From assembly GCA_016199935.1 (NCBI GenBank), contig JACQFS010000170.1:143-64142 (forward strand): a stretch of 64,000 nt of DNA, read 5' to 3'. Shown piece after piece: positions 1-10,050 of the stretch; position 1 is the first letter of the stretch; the number at the start of each line of letters is the position of its first letter. The notes beneath the pieces are model-generated. The model did not search any database and was not told the DNA's origin. It was given only the letters and a program-made list of their open reading frames with translations. The DNA is from Verrucomicrobiota bacterium. GTDB taxonomy: Bacteria > Verrucomicrobiota > Verrucomicrobiia > Limisphaerales > JACQFS01. Position numbers and translations under genes: made by a program.

Positions 1-71
1 GAAGGCCTGATAGTGACGCCGCTCCAGCCTCGGGAGGTTGTGGCGTGGCGGGTTGTCCATGGGAAAAGTTT

Positions 72-206
72 GCCGCGCTCTCACGAGCGCGGCCACTCAA
101 AATTGTGACACTCAAAATTGTGGCCGTGCTCGTGAGAGCACGGGTGACTAGGTCGGCCGTCAAGCACCAGAGTTTTGAAGTCCCGCGTTCTTACGAACGC
201 GGCCAC
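72..206. repeat. Cluster of REP-like palindromes with a duplicated spacer
   Basis: Three related hairpins (GCCGCGCTCTCACGAGCGCGGCCAC type) in alternating orientation; CACTCAAAATTGTG repeated at 94-107 and 109-122. Confidence 0.55.
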
Positions 207-248
207 GAACACTGGCGCGGCCTCGCGCGCTGTGTTTCAATTCCACCC

Positions 249-2222
249 ATGACGTTGAACGAACTGCTCGGCGGCGGCAGCGCTGACATTTTCTCCGTGC
301 GCTCGAAGGCCGCGGGGCCGGCGGGCAGTCTGCCCATTGATGAAAATTTTCTGCTGAACCGGCCGAGCGGCGATGTCTTCGGACTCACGCAGAACGTCGG
401 CATGGGCTGGAATCCCGCCGAGGTGGGGCGCAAGGCGTTTCTGATTTTAAGCACGCAGGGCGGGCTGCGCGCGGAGGACGGCTCGCCGATCGCGCTCGGC
501 TATCACACGGGGCATTGGGAAATCGGCCTGCTCGTGCGCGCGGCGGCGGAGGAGTTGAAGCGGCTGAAGACGGTGCCCTTCGCCGGCGCGTGCTCGGACC
601 CGTGCGACGGGCGCACGCAGGGGACGCCGGGGATGTTCGACAGCCTCGCGTATCGCAACGACGCCGCGATCATTTTCCGCCGGCTCATCCGCTCGCTGCC
701 GACGCGCGCGGGCGTGCTGGGCGTGGCGACGTGCGACAAGGGGCTGCCCGCAATGATGATGGCGCTCGCCGGAATGCGCGACCTGCCGTGCGTGCTGGTG
801 CCGGGCGGCGTGACGTTGCCGCCGACGAACGGCGAGGACGCGGGCGCGGTGCAGACGATCGGAGCGCGGTTCGCGCACGGGATGCTGTCGCTGGAAGAGG
901 CGGCGGACCTCGGCTGCCGCGCGTGCGCGAGTCCGGGGGGCGGGTGCCAGTTTCTCGGCACGGCGGCAACGTCGCAGGTCGTCGGCGAGGCGCTCGGGTT
1001 GTCGCTGCCCCACAGTGCGCTCGCGCCATCGGGCGAGCCGGTATGGCGCGAACTGGCGGTGAGTTCGGCACGGGCGCTGGTGGAGTTGGAAAAGGCGGGC
1101 GTGACGACGAAGCAAATCCTCACCGACGCGGCGATCCGCAACGCGATGGTGGTGCACGCGGCGTTCGGCGGCTCGACGAATCTGCTGCTGCACATTCCCG
1201 CCATCGCGCACGCGGCGGGGCTGCGCCGACCGACGGTGCAGAACTGGATCGAGGTGAATCGCACCGTGCCGCGGCTCGTGAGCGTGCTGCCCAACGGGCC
1301 GGTGCATCACCCGACGGTGCGGGCGTTCCTCGCGGGAGGCGTGCCGGAGGTGATGCTGCATCTGCGCGCGCTCGGCGTGCTCGACACAAGCGTGATGACG
1401 GCGAGTGGAAAAACTTTGGGTGAAGTGCTGGAGTGGTGGGCGAAGTCGGAGCGGCGCGCGCGGTTCCGGAAAATTTTGCAGGAACAGGACGGCGTGGATG
1501 CCGACGACGTCATCATGTCGCCCGCGCGCGCGAAGGAGCGGGGGCTGACGAGCACGGTCACATTTCCGCGAGGCAATCTTGCGCCCGAGGGCGCGGTCAT
1601 CAAGAGCACGGCGCTAGACCCGAAGGTCGTGGATGCCGACGGCGTGTATCGCAAGGAGGGGCCGGTAAAATTTTTTGCACGAGAGAAGGACGCCATCGCC
1701 GCGATCAAGCAGGTCCGCATCGAGGCGGGCGACGTGCTCGTGGTCGCGGGCATCGGCCCGATGGGCACGGGGATGGAGGAGACGTATCAGCTCACGTCGT
1801 CGCTCAAGCACCTGCCGTTCGGCAAACACGTCGCGCTCATCACCGACGCGCGCTTCAGCGGCGTAAGCACCGGCGCGTGCGTCGGCCACGTGGGACCGGA
1901 GGCCCTCGCGGGCGGGCCGATTGGCAAGCTGCGCGATGGCGATGTGGTGCGGATCGTCGTTGATCGCAACACGAACACCGGCACGGTGGACTTCATCGGC
2001 GACGGCGCGCGGAAATTTTCACCGGAGGAGGGCGCGAAGATTCTCGCGGCACGGACGACGCGGGAAGATCTCGCGCCGGACAAGAACCTTCCGGCGGACA
2101 CGCGGCTCTGGGCGGCGTTGCAGGCGGTCAGTGGTGGAACGTGGGGCGGGTGTGTGTATGATGTGGAGAGCGTGCTGGCCATTATCGAAGCCGGACGAAA
2201 CGCGATCGCGAAATCCAAATGA
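249..2222 (+). CDS. YjhG/YagF-family sugar-acid (D-xylonate) dehydratase, IlvD/Edd superfamily
   Basis: Motifs [50 protein letters not shown]; ATG at 249 preferred over the ORF-track start, which lies in REP DNA. Confidence 0.9.
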   Translation: MTLNELLGGGSADIFSVRSKAAGPAGSLPIDENFLLNRPSGDVFGLTQNVGMGWNPAEVGRKAFLILSTQGGLRAEDGSPIALGYHTGHWEIGLLVRAAAEELKRLKTVPFAGACSDPCDGRTQGTPGMFDSLAYRNDAAIIFRRLIRSLPTRAGVLGVATCDKGLPAMMMALAGMRDLPCVLVPGGVTLPPTNGEDAGAVQTIGARFAHGMLSLEEAADLGCRACASPGGGCQFLGTAATSQVVGEALGLSLPHSALAPSGEPVWRELAVSSARALVELEKAGVTTKQILTDAAIRNAMVVHAAFGGSTNLLLHIPAIAHAAGLRRPTVQNWIEVNRTVPRLVSVLPNGPVHHPTVRAFLAGGVPEVMLHLRALGVLDTSVMTASGKTLGEVLEWWAKSERRARFRKILQEQDGVDADDVIMSPARAKERGLTSTVTFPRGNLAPEGAVIKSTALDPKVVDADGVYRKEGPVKFFAREKDAIAAIKQVRIEAGDVLVVAGIGPMGTGMEETYQLTSSLKHLPFGKHVALITDARFSGVSTGACVGHVGPEALAGGPIGKLRDGDVVRIVVDRNTNTGTVDFIGDGARKFSPEEGAKILAARTTREDLAPDKNLPADTRLWAALQAVSGGTWGGCVYDVESVLAIIEAGRNAIAKSK

Positions 2223-2932
2223 GCCTCCTCGAAATCTCAACGCGACGGGTGGCGCCGGAAATCCTCGACGGGCTGGCGGCCGTGGACCAGCGGGCGGTCC
2301 GTTCGCGCGCCGATCTGGTGCGGGTGAATGCGCGGCTCGGCAATCCGTCGCTGCTCGCGCGACATTTGCAGGCGGCATTTCCCCGCGCGAAACCGCTGCG
2401 GCTCGTCGAACTGGGCGCGGGCGACGGACAATTCCTGCTGGCCGTGGGTGCGCTGCTCGGGCCGGCGTGGAAGGATCTGGAAGTGGTGCTGGTGGACCGG
2501 CACCGGAGCGTGAGCCCCCAGACGCGCATCGCGATGACGCAACTCGGCTGGACGGTGCGCATCGCCGGCGCGGACGTGTTCGAGTGGTTGCGCGCGAATC
2601 CGCTGCGCCCGACCGATGCGGTCGTGGCGAACCTGTTCCTGCACCATTTTCAGTGGGAGGAACTGCGGGATTTGCTCGGACTGCTCACGGCGGGTGCGGG
2701 GCATTTTGCGGCGTGCGAACCGCGCCGCTGGCATCCGGCGTTGCTGGCCACGCGGTTCCTGTGGGCGCTCGGCTGCCACGCCGTCACGCGCCACGACGCG
2801 CGGGTGAGCGTGCGCGCCGGATTCGCCGGCCGGGAGTTGTCCCGGCTCTGGCCCGGGGCGCAGCGGTGGGAAATGTCCGAGTGCGAGGTGAATCTCGGGC
2901 TGCACTTTTTCGCCGCGCATTTCAAACGGTGA
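2219..2932 (+). CDS. Class I SAM-dependent methyltransferase domain protein
   Basis: LVELGAGDG motif I and ANLFLHHF motif; ATGA overlap with upstream gene. Confidence 0.8.
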   Translation: MSLLEISTRRVAPEILDGLAAVDQRAVRSRADLVRVNARLGNPSLLARHLQAAFPRAKPLRLVELGAGDGQFLLAVGALLGPAWKDLEVVLVDRHRSVSPQTRIAMTQLGWTVRIAGADVFEWLRANPLRPTDAVVANLFLHHFQWEELRDLLGLLTAGAGHFAACEPRRWHPALLATRFLWALGCHAVTRHDARVSVRAGFAGRELSRLWPGAQRWEMSECEVNLGLHFFAAHFKR

Positions 2933-3037
2933 CGACGGGACAGAATGGCGTCCGGCCTGTTCCGAATCAGGACAGGCCCGGGGCGTCCGGATGCGAGCGG
3001 ACGGGGAGTTCTCGTTTTTGTGGAAGACTTGTCAGCG

Positions 3038-3052
3038 TGGCACATGCGTTGC
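3038..3052 (+). promoter_or_regulatory. Sigma-54 (-24/-12) promoter
   Basis: TGGCAC-ATGCG-TTGC, exact match to the TGGCAC-N5-TTGC consensus, 16 nt before ATG 3069. Confidence 0.7.
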
Positions 3053-3068
3053 TGAAAAACGGTCACGT

Positions 3069-3344
3069 ATGGCCACTACACCGAAAGCTCCTTCGATCAC
3101 CGACTGGTTTCTGACGCGCTGGTTGGGCGACTGCGAGAAGTCTCCCAAGTCCGACGCGCCCTCCGCTTCGGCGAAAGCCGCGGAAGCGCGCGCGCTGCCG
3201 GTGCGGTTCATGTTCGGCATAGATGGGAAAAATGCCATCGTGCCGATCCTGCATCGCTCGACGTCGCTCCGCCGCCACGCGGACGCCGCGCCCGCGCGGG
3301 AAGCCGCGCGGTTGGAGAAACCGCCCGGCAAACCGGGCCGCTGA
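3069..3344 (+). CDS. Hypothetical protein (91 aa)
   Basis: ATG just downstream of the sigma-54 site; ends 30 nt before the kinase gene. Confidence 0.5.
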   Translation: MATTPKAPSITDWFLTRWLGDCEKSPKSDAPSASAKAAEARALPVRFMFGIDGKNAIVPILHRSTSLRRHADAAPAREAARLEKPPGKPGR

Positions 3345-3374
3345 ACGCGCGCCGCGAAACCAGCCATTCAACTC

Positions 3375-5642
3375 ATGGGAGAACATTTCTCAGGACTCGA
3401 TCTCACCTTCCCGGTGGAATACCTGAAGGCGGCGGTGGTGCTGTCACTGCTGACTGTCTGGGTGCTCGTCGGTTTGTTTTCGTATCTCAACCTCTACACG
3501 CGGCGGCGTTACTTCACGTTGTGGACGTGTGCGTGGTTGTTTTATGCGCTGTGGTTGACGCTGTGCATCGGCAGCGCGGGCCACGGCACCCAGGAGTCGT
3601 CACTGGTGATGATGCTCAAGCAATGGTGCGTGAGCGCCTCGGCGGTGTGTTTGTTGTGGGGCAGCGCGGTGTTCCACAACCTCAAGCCGCGGCAGACGAT
3701 GTTCGGCCTGTTCATTCTGTTCCTCTTCGTCTGGAGCTACGTCGGCGCATATCATCTGGAGGATGCGCTGCACATCCAAGTGCCGATCTTCACGCTCATC
3801 GGTCTGTCGAGCGCGATGACGGCGTGGGCCTTCTTCAAATTCCGGTTGCGCCGCGGCTACATCGGCGCCGGGCTGCTCTCGGGTGGATTTTTCTTCTGGG
3901 GATTTTACCTCGCGGGGTATCCGTTCATCCAGACCTCGGAGGCGATGATCAGCTCGGGCTTTCTCGCGTCGGCGGTGCTGCAACTGTTCATCGCGGTGAG
4001 CATGATCATCCTCGTGCTCGAGGAGGTGCGCAGCTCGAACAAGCTCGCGTTCCAGCAGCTCCGTTCGCAGAAATCCGAGAAGGCGGTGCTCCAGCAGAAG
4101 GTCGCCTCGACCGAGGAGCGTTACCGCGACCTGTTCGACAAGGCGCACGAGGGCATCATCATCGTGTCGGCGGAGGACCTGCAGATTCTGGAAATGAACC
4201 AGACCGGGCGGAAACTGCTCGGCATGCAGAACTCGGCGCTGAAAAATCCGAGCCTGCGCCAGTTCGTGCGCGATGTCGCGGACAAGGAACCCGCGCCCGC
4301 CGGCGGACAGGAATGGTTCCTGTGGATCAAGAAAGTCCAGCAGGTGACGCTGGTCCGTTTCGACGGCAGCTCATCCCAGGTGGAGATTGACGGTGCCGGG
4401 GTCGAGTATGACGGGCGGAGCGCCTTCCAGTTTTTCATCCGCGAAGTCACGGAACGCGCGCGGCTGGAGCAGCAGTTGCGGCAGGCGGAGCGGCTCTCGG
4501 CGCTCGGCCAGATGATCTCCGGCGTGGCGCACGAGTTGAACAACCCGCTGGCGGTCGTCATGGGGTATGTCGAACTCATCCTGAAGCGGCAGGGGTTGAC
4601 CGACCAGATCCGCGGCGATTTGCAAAAGGTCGCGCTCGAAAGCCAGCGCGCCGCCAAGCTCGTGAGCAACTTTCTCTCGTTCGCCCGCGGTCATTCCACC
4701 CATCGGGTGGGCGTGGACCTCAACCAGCTCATCGAGCGCGTGGTGGAGCTGCGCCAGCCGGAGATCCGCCTCATCGGCATGGAGGTCTCGACCAGTCTTG
4801 ACCGGGCGATTTCCTGCGCGATGGCCGATCCGGACCAGGTGCAGCAAGTTCTCGTCAACCTCATCAGCAACTCCCTCCACGCGATGCTCGACAGGCCGCT
4901 GCCCGGCCGCATCCGCATCCGCACCGCGCAGGAAGGCGCGTCCCTCTTCATCCGCGTCGAGGACAGCGGGCCCGGCATTCCGGCGGAGATCCAGCCCAAG
5001 GTATTTGAACCGTTCTTCACCACCAAGGATGTCGGCATCGGCACCGGGTTGGGTTTGTCGATTGCGCACGGCATCATGTCCGAACACAACGGCCGCATCA
5101 CCTACGAACGCTCCCCGGAGTTGGGCGGTGCCTGCTTTGTGCTGGAGTTTCCGCTGGTCGAGGTGAAGGAAGAGCCCGTGAAGGAAGCCGCCGCCGGGGC
5201 CGTCGCCAAGCCCGAAAATGCACCCGCCGCCCCACCCCAGGCGAAACGTTCCGCCCGCGTGCTCGTGCTCGACGACGAGGAGATGATCGCCACCTTGTTG
5301 AGCGAAATGCTCTCCCTGCTGGGCTTTCAACCGACGGTGTGCCTCACCGGCCAGGAGGCCTTGGAGAAACTCAAGGGCGAGGAGTTTGACGTGGTCCTGT
5401 CCGACTTCCGCATGCCCGGCATGGACGGAAAAAAATTCTTCACCCTCGCGGTCGAACAGCAGGCGGATGTGGCGCGCCGCATTATTTTCCTGACGGGCGA
5501 CACGGTGAACGAAGAAACCCAGGCGTTCCTGAAATCCATCGGGGCACCTTGCGTTGGCAAGCCGTTCCGGTTGGAAAAAATCGAGCAGGCGGTCACCGCC
5601 ATCTTGGAGAACCGCAGGGAAGCTGTGCCGGCACTGAACTAG
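3375..5642 (+). CDS. Hybrid sensor histidine kinase (about 7 TM, PAS, HisKA, HATPase, REC)
   Basis: Hydrophobic N-terminus; H-box SGVAHELNNPL; QVLVNL; DSGPGI; FEPFFTTK; GTGLGL; receiver VLVLDDE..DFRMPGMDG..KPF. Confidence 0.93.
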   Translation: MGEHFSGLDLTFPVEYLKAAVVLSLLTVWVLVGLFSYLNLYTRRRYFTLWTCAWLFYALWLTLCIGSAGHGTQESSLVMMLKQWCVSASAVCLLWGSAVFHNLKPRQTMFGLFILFLFVWSYVGAYHLEDALHIQVPIFTLIGLSSAMTAWAFFKFRLRRGYIGAGLLSGGFFFWGFYLAGYPFIQTSEAMISSGFLASAVLQLFIAVSMIILVLEEVRSSNKLAFQQLRSQKSEKAVLQQKVASTEERYRDLFDKAHEGIIIVSAEDLQILEMNQTGRKLLGMQNSALKNPSLRQFVRDVADKEPAPAGGQEWFLWIKKVQQVTLVRFDGSSSQVEIDGAGVEYDGRSAFQFFIREVTERARLEQQLRQAERLSALGQMISGVAHELNNPLAVVMGYVELILKRQGLTDQIRGDLQKVALESQRAAKLVSNFLSFARGHSTHRVGVDLNQLIERVVELRQPEIRLIGMEVSTSLDRAISCAMADPDQVQQVLVNLISNSLHAMLDRPLPGRIRIRTAQEGASLFIRVEDSGPGIPAEIQPKVFEPFFTTKDVGIGTGLGLSIAHGIMSEHNGRITYERSPELGGACFVLEFPLVEVKEEPVKEAAAGAVAKPENAPAAPPQAKRSARVLVLDDEEMIATLLSEMLSLLGFQPTVCLTGQEALEKLKGEEFDVVLSDFRMPGMDGKKFFTLAVEQQADVARRIIFLTGDTVNEETQAFLKSIGAPCVGKPFRLEKIEQAVTAILENRREAVPALN

Positions 5643-5710
5643 CGCGTTGGGCGCACCTCGCGCTTGCGCGCGTCCGGCGAACCTGATATGCCACACGCCG
5701 TTCTCAGCGA

Positions 5711-5784
5711 GCGGGTGTGGTTCAATGGTAGAATGTGGGCTTCCCAAGCCTGAGACGAGGGTTCGATTCCCTTCACCCGCTCCA
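5711..5784 (+). tRNA. tRNA-Gly (CCC)
   Basis: Acceptor stem GCGGGTG/CACCCGC, anticodon loop TTCCCAA, T-loop TTCGATT, encoded CCA. Confidence 0.97.
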
Positions 5785-5860
5785 CTTCATTTTCTCACCT
5801 TATCCGGTGCGGTCTCCGTGGACAAGTTGCTGCCGCCATGGCAATCATCGTCACGCCTCA

Positions 5861-6547
5861 GTGAAGACCCGCAAGGCCAACGGTCCGCTGTCCCGCCGCT
5901 TCGCTGCCGCGAGCGCGTTCGTCGAACGCTACTTCATCACCGCGGCGTTCGCGCTGATCGTGCTCGTGCTCGCGTATCACCAGCCGTGGATCGGGGCGCT
6001 CGCCGCCGGGTTGGGCGCGCTCTACGCGTGCGCGTATCTCGATCCGCTCACGCGGCTGCACGGCGGACACACGCTGCGCGCGCACTACGGTCCGTTGCGC
6101 GCGGTGGATTTTTCCGGTGACGGCCGGATCGTTCGCGCGGTGTCAGCGGAAAGGGTGCTCATCGAGTGGGATGCCGGGACGCGCGCAATGCAGCGGGTCA
6201 GGATCGGTGAACTGCACGTCGCCTCGCCGCCGATCCCCTCGCCCAACGGCCGGCTGTATGCGCAACTGGCCGGCGGTTCGGCGAAGGTCTGCGATGCGGT
6301 CAGCGGCGAGCCGCTCCCGGCATTTTGCGGCGGGCTGCGCGGGATTGAATGTGTGGCGTTCTCCTGCGACAGCGCGCGCGTGGCCATGTCCGCGGGCCGC
6401 ACCGTTTCCGTCTGGGAGCTCGCGACGGGCCGGCGGGTGCGCGTTCTGCGCGGGCACCGCCGGCGGGTGACGGGCCTCGCCTTCGCCCCGGACGGCGGGT
6501 TGGCTTCGACGAGCGCCGACGGCACGGTCAAGTTGTGGCGGATCTGA
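5861..6547 (+). CDS. Membrane-anchored WD40-repeat protein
   Basis: Two hydrophobic segments, then WD40-like repeats (LRGHRRRVTGLAFAPDG..SADGTVKLW); GTG start inferred. Confidence 0.7.
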   Translation: MKTRKANGPLSRRFAAASAFVERYFITAAFALIVLVLAYHQPWIGALAAGLGALYACAYLDPLTRLHGGHTLRAHYGPLRAVDFSGDGRIVRAVSAERVLIEWDAGTRAMQRVRIGELHVASPPIPSPNGRLYAQLAGGSAKVCDAVSGEPLPAFCGGLRGIECVAFSCDSARVAMSAGRTVSVWELATGRRVRVLRGHRRRVTGLAFAPDGGLASTSADGTVKLWRI

Positions 6548-6600
6548 GGAGCGTGCGCCTTGACCCCCGCTGAACACCGCGCTATCCAAGCGCGTCCATC

Positions 6601-7899
6601 ATGCACCAAATTATGCGCCTCACCTGTCTCGCCGCCGTTTCGCTCGCCGCGATTTCCACCAACCTCTCCGCCGCCGACTGGCCGCAATGGCGCGGGCCGC
6701 AGCGCGATGGCGTGATCCGCGGCGAGAAGCCGCTCGACAAGCTGCCCAGCGCGCCGAGAAAAATTTGGGAAATCCCCGCCGGCTCCGGCCACAGCGCCGT
6801 GGTCATCAGCGGCAACCGCTTCGTCTATATTGACCAGGGCGGCGAACCGGCCGGCACCAAGGAAGTCGTCCACCTGTGCGACCTCGCGACGGGCAAGGAA
6901 CTCTGGAAGAACGCCTACGCCGAGATGGCCGACTACTACAATTACGGCACCGGCCCGCGCACGACGCCGGTGATTGATGGCGACCGCCTTTATGTCCAGT
7001 CGGGCCGCGGCGAATTTCAATGCCTCAAGCTGGCGGATGGAAAAAAAATCTGGAGCGTGAACTTCGAGAAGGACTACGGCGCAAATTACTTCGGCAACAA
7101 AGGCTCCGACCCCGCCGCGAAAGAGACCGCCGCCCGCCGCCACGGCAACAACGGCGCGCCGGTCATTGACGGCTCTCGCGTCTTCGTCCCCGTCGGCAGC
7201 CCGGAGAAGGGCACGCTCGTCGCGTTCGACAAACTGACCGGCAAGGAACTCTGGCACGCGGGCAGCGACAACACCGCCTATTCCTCGCTCATGGTCGGCA
7301 CGCTCGCCGGCACGCGGCAGGTCGTCCACTTCACCGCCGATGCGCTCATGGGAGTGGACGCCGAGAAGGGAAAAGTCCTCTGGCGCGTGCCCATCAAGAC
7401 CGGCGCGAAGCGGCACACGTTCACGCCGCTCATCGTCGGCGACACCGTGACCATCGCGTCGCAGACGGTGGGCTTGATCCGCTACCAGATCGCGAAGGCC
7501 GGCGCGGCGTTCACCGCCACGCCGATGTGGGAAAACAAGGAGACGAAGGTGAACATCTCCTCGATGGTGCTCGTGAACGGCAAGCTCTACGGCATCGGCG
7601 CGGGCGGAAACAAAACCGATTTCACCTGCGTGGATTTCGCCACGGGCAAGACGCTCTGGACGCACCCCGGCTTCGCCGACTACGCCTCGACGCTCGCGCT
7701 GGGCGACAAGCTGCTCGCGCTCAATTCCGACGGCGAACTCCACCTGATTGCCGCCGACCCCACGGCCTACAAGGAGATCAGCCGGATGCAGCCGTGCGGC
7801 AAGACCTACAGCTTCCCCGCCTACCTCAACGGCGTGCTCTACGTGCGCGACGAGAAGACCATACGCGCGCTGGCGATGGGCGAAGCGCCGCTGCCGTGA
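6601..7899 (+). CDS. PQQ-binding-like (BamB-type) beta-propeller protein, secreted
   Basis: Signal peptide, DWPQWRGPQRDG start motif, repeated D..TGKELW motifs. Confidence 0.9.
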   Translation: MHQIMRLTCLAAVSLAAISTNLSAADWPQWRGPQRDGVIRGEKPLDKLPSAPRKIWEIPAGSGHSAVVISGNRFVYIDQGGEPAGTKEVVHLCDLATGKELWKNAYAEMADYYNYGTGPRTTPVIDGDRLYVQSGRGEFQCLKLADGKKIWSVNFEKDYGANYFGNKGSDPAAKETAARRHGNNGAPVIDGSRVFVPVGSPEKGTLVAFDKLTGKELWHAGSDNTAYSSLMVGTLAGTRQVVHFTADALMGVDAEKGKVLWRVPIKTGAKRHTFTPLIVGDTVTIASQTVGLIRYQIAKAGAAFTATPMWENKETKVNISSMVLVNGKLYGIGAGGNKTDFTCVDFATGKTLWTHPGFADYASTLALGDKLLALNSDGELHLIAADPTAYKEISRMQPCGKTYSFPAYLNGVLYVRDEKTIRALAMGEAPLP

Positions 7900-7935
7900 G
7901 GCCGCGTCCGGCGGCGCTTGAAACGGGCTCCGGCT

Positions 7936-8250
7936 TGCGACGATCTGAACTCAAATCGTGGCTGGTCAGACTCAAGCGACGGTGATCTGAACCCAACCTG
8001 CCGCGGTCTGAACTCAAACTGCCGCGTTTCGAACTCAAACCGCGGCAAGTTGGATTCAAACTGTGACGATCTGAACTCAACCAGCCGCAAGTTGGATTCA
8101 AACTGCCGGAATCTGAACTCAAACTGCGGCGATTTGGACTCAGATCGCGGTGATTTGGACCCAGATCGTGACGATTGGGACCCAGATTGCGACGATTTGG
8201 ACCCAGATTGCGACGATTTGGACTCAGATCGCGACGATCAAAGTCTGAAT
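7936..8250. repeat. Degenerate 21-bp tandem array A, about 15 units
   Basis: Units such as TGCGACGATCTGAACTCAAAT and TGCGACGATTTGGACCCAGAT at an exact 21-nt period with no indels. Confidence 0.9.
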
Positions 8251-8578
8251 TCCACGCACTTTAGACCAGTTATCCACTTCCAAACACGATATTTACGTCG
8301 CTTTACGTCAGCTTCAGCCTGCCGCCCCACGTCCGGTGTCCAGCCAGAACCGGCGTTTCCCCGGGCTTTGAACCGTGCTTATCCGGTTTGTTGGCATTGA
8401 AGGAATTTAGCTCCTAAAGCGCATCGCGAGACCGCGCGATCCCTCCGTCTTGCCGCCACGGGGCGCGCTGCCGAACGGCGGGGAGGTTGTTCATTGTATT
8501 ATGGAAACGCGCCCCCCCCCACTCGATCAAAGCGAACCGCGGAGCAAGCACGAGTTGGGCTACCAATTCGATGTCTGC

Positions 8579-8604
8579 AAAAAAAACCCCCGCCGAAGCG
8601 GGGG
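8579..8604 (-). terminator. Intrinsic terminator of the cargo operon
   Basis: Minus strand CCCCCGC-TTCG-GCGGGGG followed by T8, 20 nt after the stop at 8625. Confidence 0.85.
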
Positions 8605-8624
8605 GTGAATTTCAATCGAGAAGT

Positions 8625-8834
8625 TCAGGCGGGAATTGCCTTCTTGTCTGGTTCGGACGCTCGAACTTCCGCCTCAGCATTGGAGCCAAATCCGATGCCT
8701 TGTTGTTCCTGACCAAGCCTTACCAAGTTCTCAAGGAACTCGATGTCAATGGACCCATTCACCCGCGTCACTCGGACAGTCGAGTGATCATTACCAGGGT
8801 CGGCGTTCTCGCCACTTGTTTTGTTATCACTCAT
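8625..8834 (-). CDS. Hypothetical acidic protein (69 aa)
   Basis: ATGA overlap with upstream gene; followed by terminator. Confidence 0.6.
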   Translation of the reverse strand: MSDNKTSGENADPGNDHSTVRVTRVNGSIDIEFLENLVRLGQEQQGIGFGSNAEAEVRASEPDKKAIPA

Positions 8835-9772
8835 TTGTTTGTTACGCCCTCTGTTGCCTTGGGTTTAACTTTGCGCGACTCACCACCTATGTAGCAAGCC
8901 ACACTCACAACATCGGTGAAACAGGCAAGGATTTCACCAAAATTCTTGTCATACATGTTTGGCTCTTTCCAATCAAAACACAGGACTCCCACTACGGTTT
9001 TGTTGGTGATCACGGGGCAGGTTACGACTGTCCGGTAACGAGCGCCATAACTTTGTTTCTGCTCCTGTGGCCAGAACCGTGAATCTGTCAGGATGTCGTT
9101 CGTCCATGCAATTTTCTTCGTGATTAACGCCTCCTGCGCGATCCCTTGGTTGGTTGGAAGAGTAGTCGAGTTCTTCCTTCGTTCCAGTGGAGTTGATGGG
9201 CTGTATGCGCAAGTGACCAAACCGGGTTCGCCAGTGTTCGGGTCTGGCTTCAGCACTTTGAAGACGATTTGGCAGTCCGCTCCGGAAATTGCGCGCATCG
9301 CTCTCTCCAGCATTCCGAGTTGCGCGCTGATTGTGTCGAAAACATGTTTGGTCGCGGTGGCTACGTCGCTTTGGTCAGCAAGCCGAAGAAAAGCGCCGTC
9401 CGAAAGCAAGGAATCACGGGTTTGGTGAATGACACAATGGAGGCTGGCATAAACATCGTAGTGTGACGTTACGACCTGCTCCAGATGTTGAACCTTCTCC
9501 GCCTGTGCCCCAGCGTTCTCACCGATAATAAAAAACGCCCGCACCGCAAAAGCCCCTACGATCACGTAAGCCAATTGCAACGCGGTCACCACTCCTTCGG
9601 AAATGAGCTTCAGATCGAGCGCCTGCTTGTGCAGCTTCATCACAAAGTCTGCCAAGGCGATTACGGAAACCCAACTGAATATCTTGATCGTCAAACTCCC
9701 CTGGATACCGCTCCAAAAATGTCCGAGGCGGCGCAGCCACTGGGGCTGGGTGTTTTTTCGTGGTGCAGACAT
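8831..9772 (-). CDS. Two-TM protein with C-terminal GAF-like domain
   Basis: Two hydrophobic helices, then GAF-like motifs (NDILTDSRF, RTVVTCPVITNKTVVGVLCFD); alternative start 9802. Confidence 0.75.
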   Translation of the reverse strand: MSAPRKNTQPQWLRRLGHFWSGIQGSLTIKIFSWVSVIALADFVMKLHKQALDLKLISEGVVTALQLAYVIVGAFAVRAFFIIGENAGAQAEKVQHLEQVVTSHYDVYASLHCVIHQTRDSLLSDGAFLRLADQSDVATATKHVFDTISAQLGMLERAMRAISGADCQIVFKVLKPDPNTGEPGLVTCAYSPSTPLERRKNSTTLPTNQGIAQEALITKKIAWTNDILTDSRFWPQEQKQSYGARYRTVVTCPVITNKTVVGVLCFDWKEPNMYDKNFGEILACFTDVVSVACYIGGESRKVKPKATEGVTNK

Positions 9773-9777
9773 GATGC

Positions 9778-10050
9778 CTACCGAATATTGCGTTTCATCC
9801 AATCCACCACTTCCTTCACAACATTAAGGGAGTTCCATCCGCCCGTAAGTTCGACAACCAAAATCTTGTCGTTTTCATCCACGAGCGCCATCAGGGAATC
9901 CCGCACCTGAGTTGTGTTCTGCGACGTCACTAACAACCAGGTGGATTCCAACGGCCTTGCCCATAACTCGAAAGTTTTGAGTGCGGTGATCAGCTTGGAA
10001 TAGTCCCGATGTGGTGCCTTTAAATCATAGCTGACGAGGATTTTGTTCAT
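9778..10050 (-). CDS. Small Cas2/VapD-like ferredoxin-fold protein (family often labelled SinR-like)
   Basis: ILVSYDL start, LESTWLL, VRDSL..VDENDKILVV, terminal DWMKRN; 90 aa. Confidence 0.7.
   Translation of the reverse strand: MNKILVSYDLKAPHRDYSKLITALKTFELWARPLESTWLLVTSQNTTQVRDSLMALVDENDKILVVELTGGWNSLNVVKEVVDWMKRNIR

Noticed and set aside
94-122. Direct repeat as an operator for the dehydratase gene
   Set aside because: It lies between REP arms and is more simply a spacer duplication.
5711-5784. tRNA-Gly as an island integration site
   Set aside because: I saw no duplicated tRNA 3' end and no integrase nearby; downstream genes have host-like composition.
7937-8250. TGA/TGG alternation at the same position in one frame of array A, suggesting TGA=Trp recoding
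   Set aside because: It is explained by AAC/GAC variation in the repeat unit, and TGA is clearly used as a stop by many genes in the window.
8270-8278. DnaA-box-like TTATCCACT beside array A (origin/iteron idea)
   Set aside because: Single imperfect box, with no rep or dnaA gene and no AT-rich unwinding element.
7918-8400. ORFs through the 21-bp arrays (also 24694-24957, 61204-61554, 61209-61694) as genes
   Set aside because: Several frames are open at once, starts are weak and no frame is favoured. Not called as CDS, though coding cannot be excluded.
7936-10050. CRISPR array plus cas2
   Set aside because: The 21-bp units are contiguous and degenerate with no unique spacers, and there is no cas1 or effector gene. 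The Cas2-like gene lies inside a separate mobile element.
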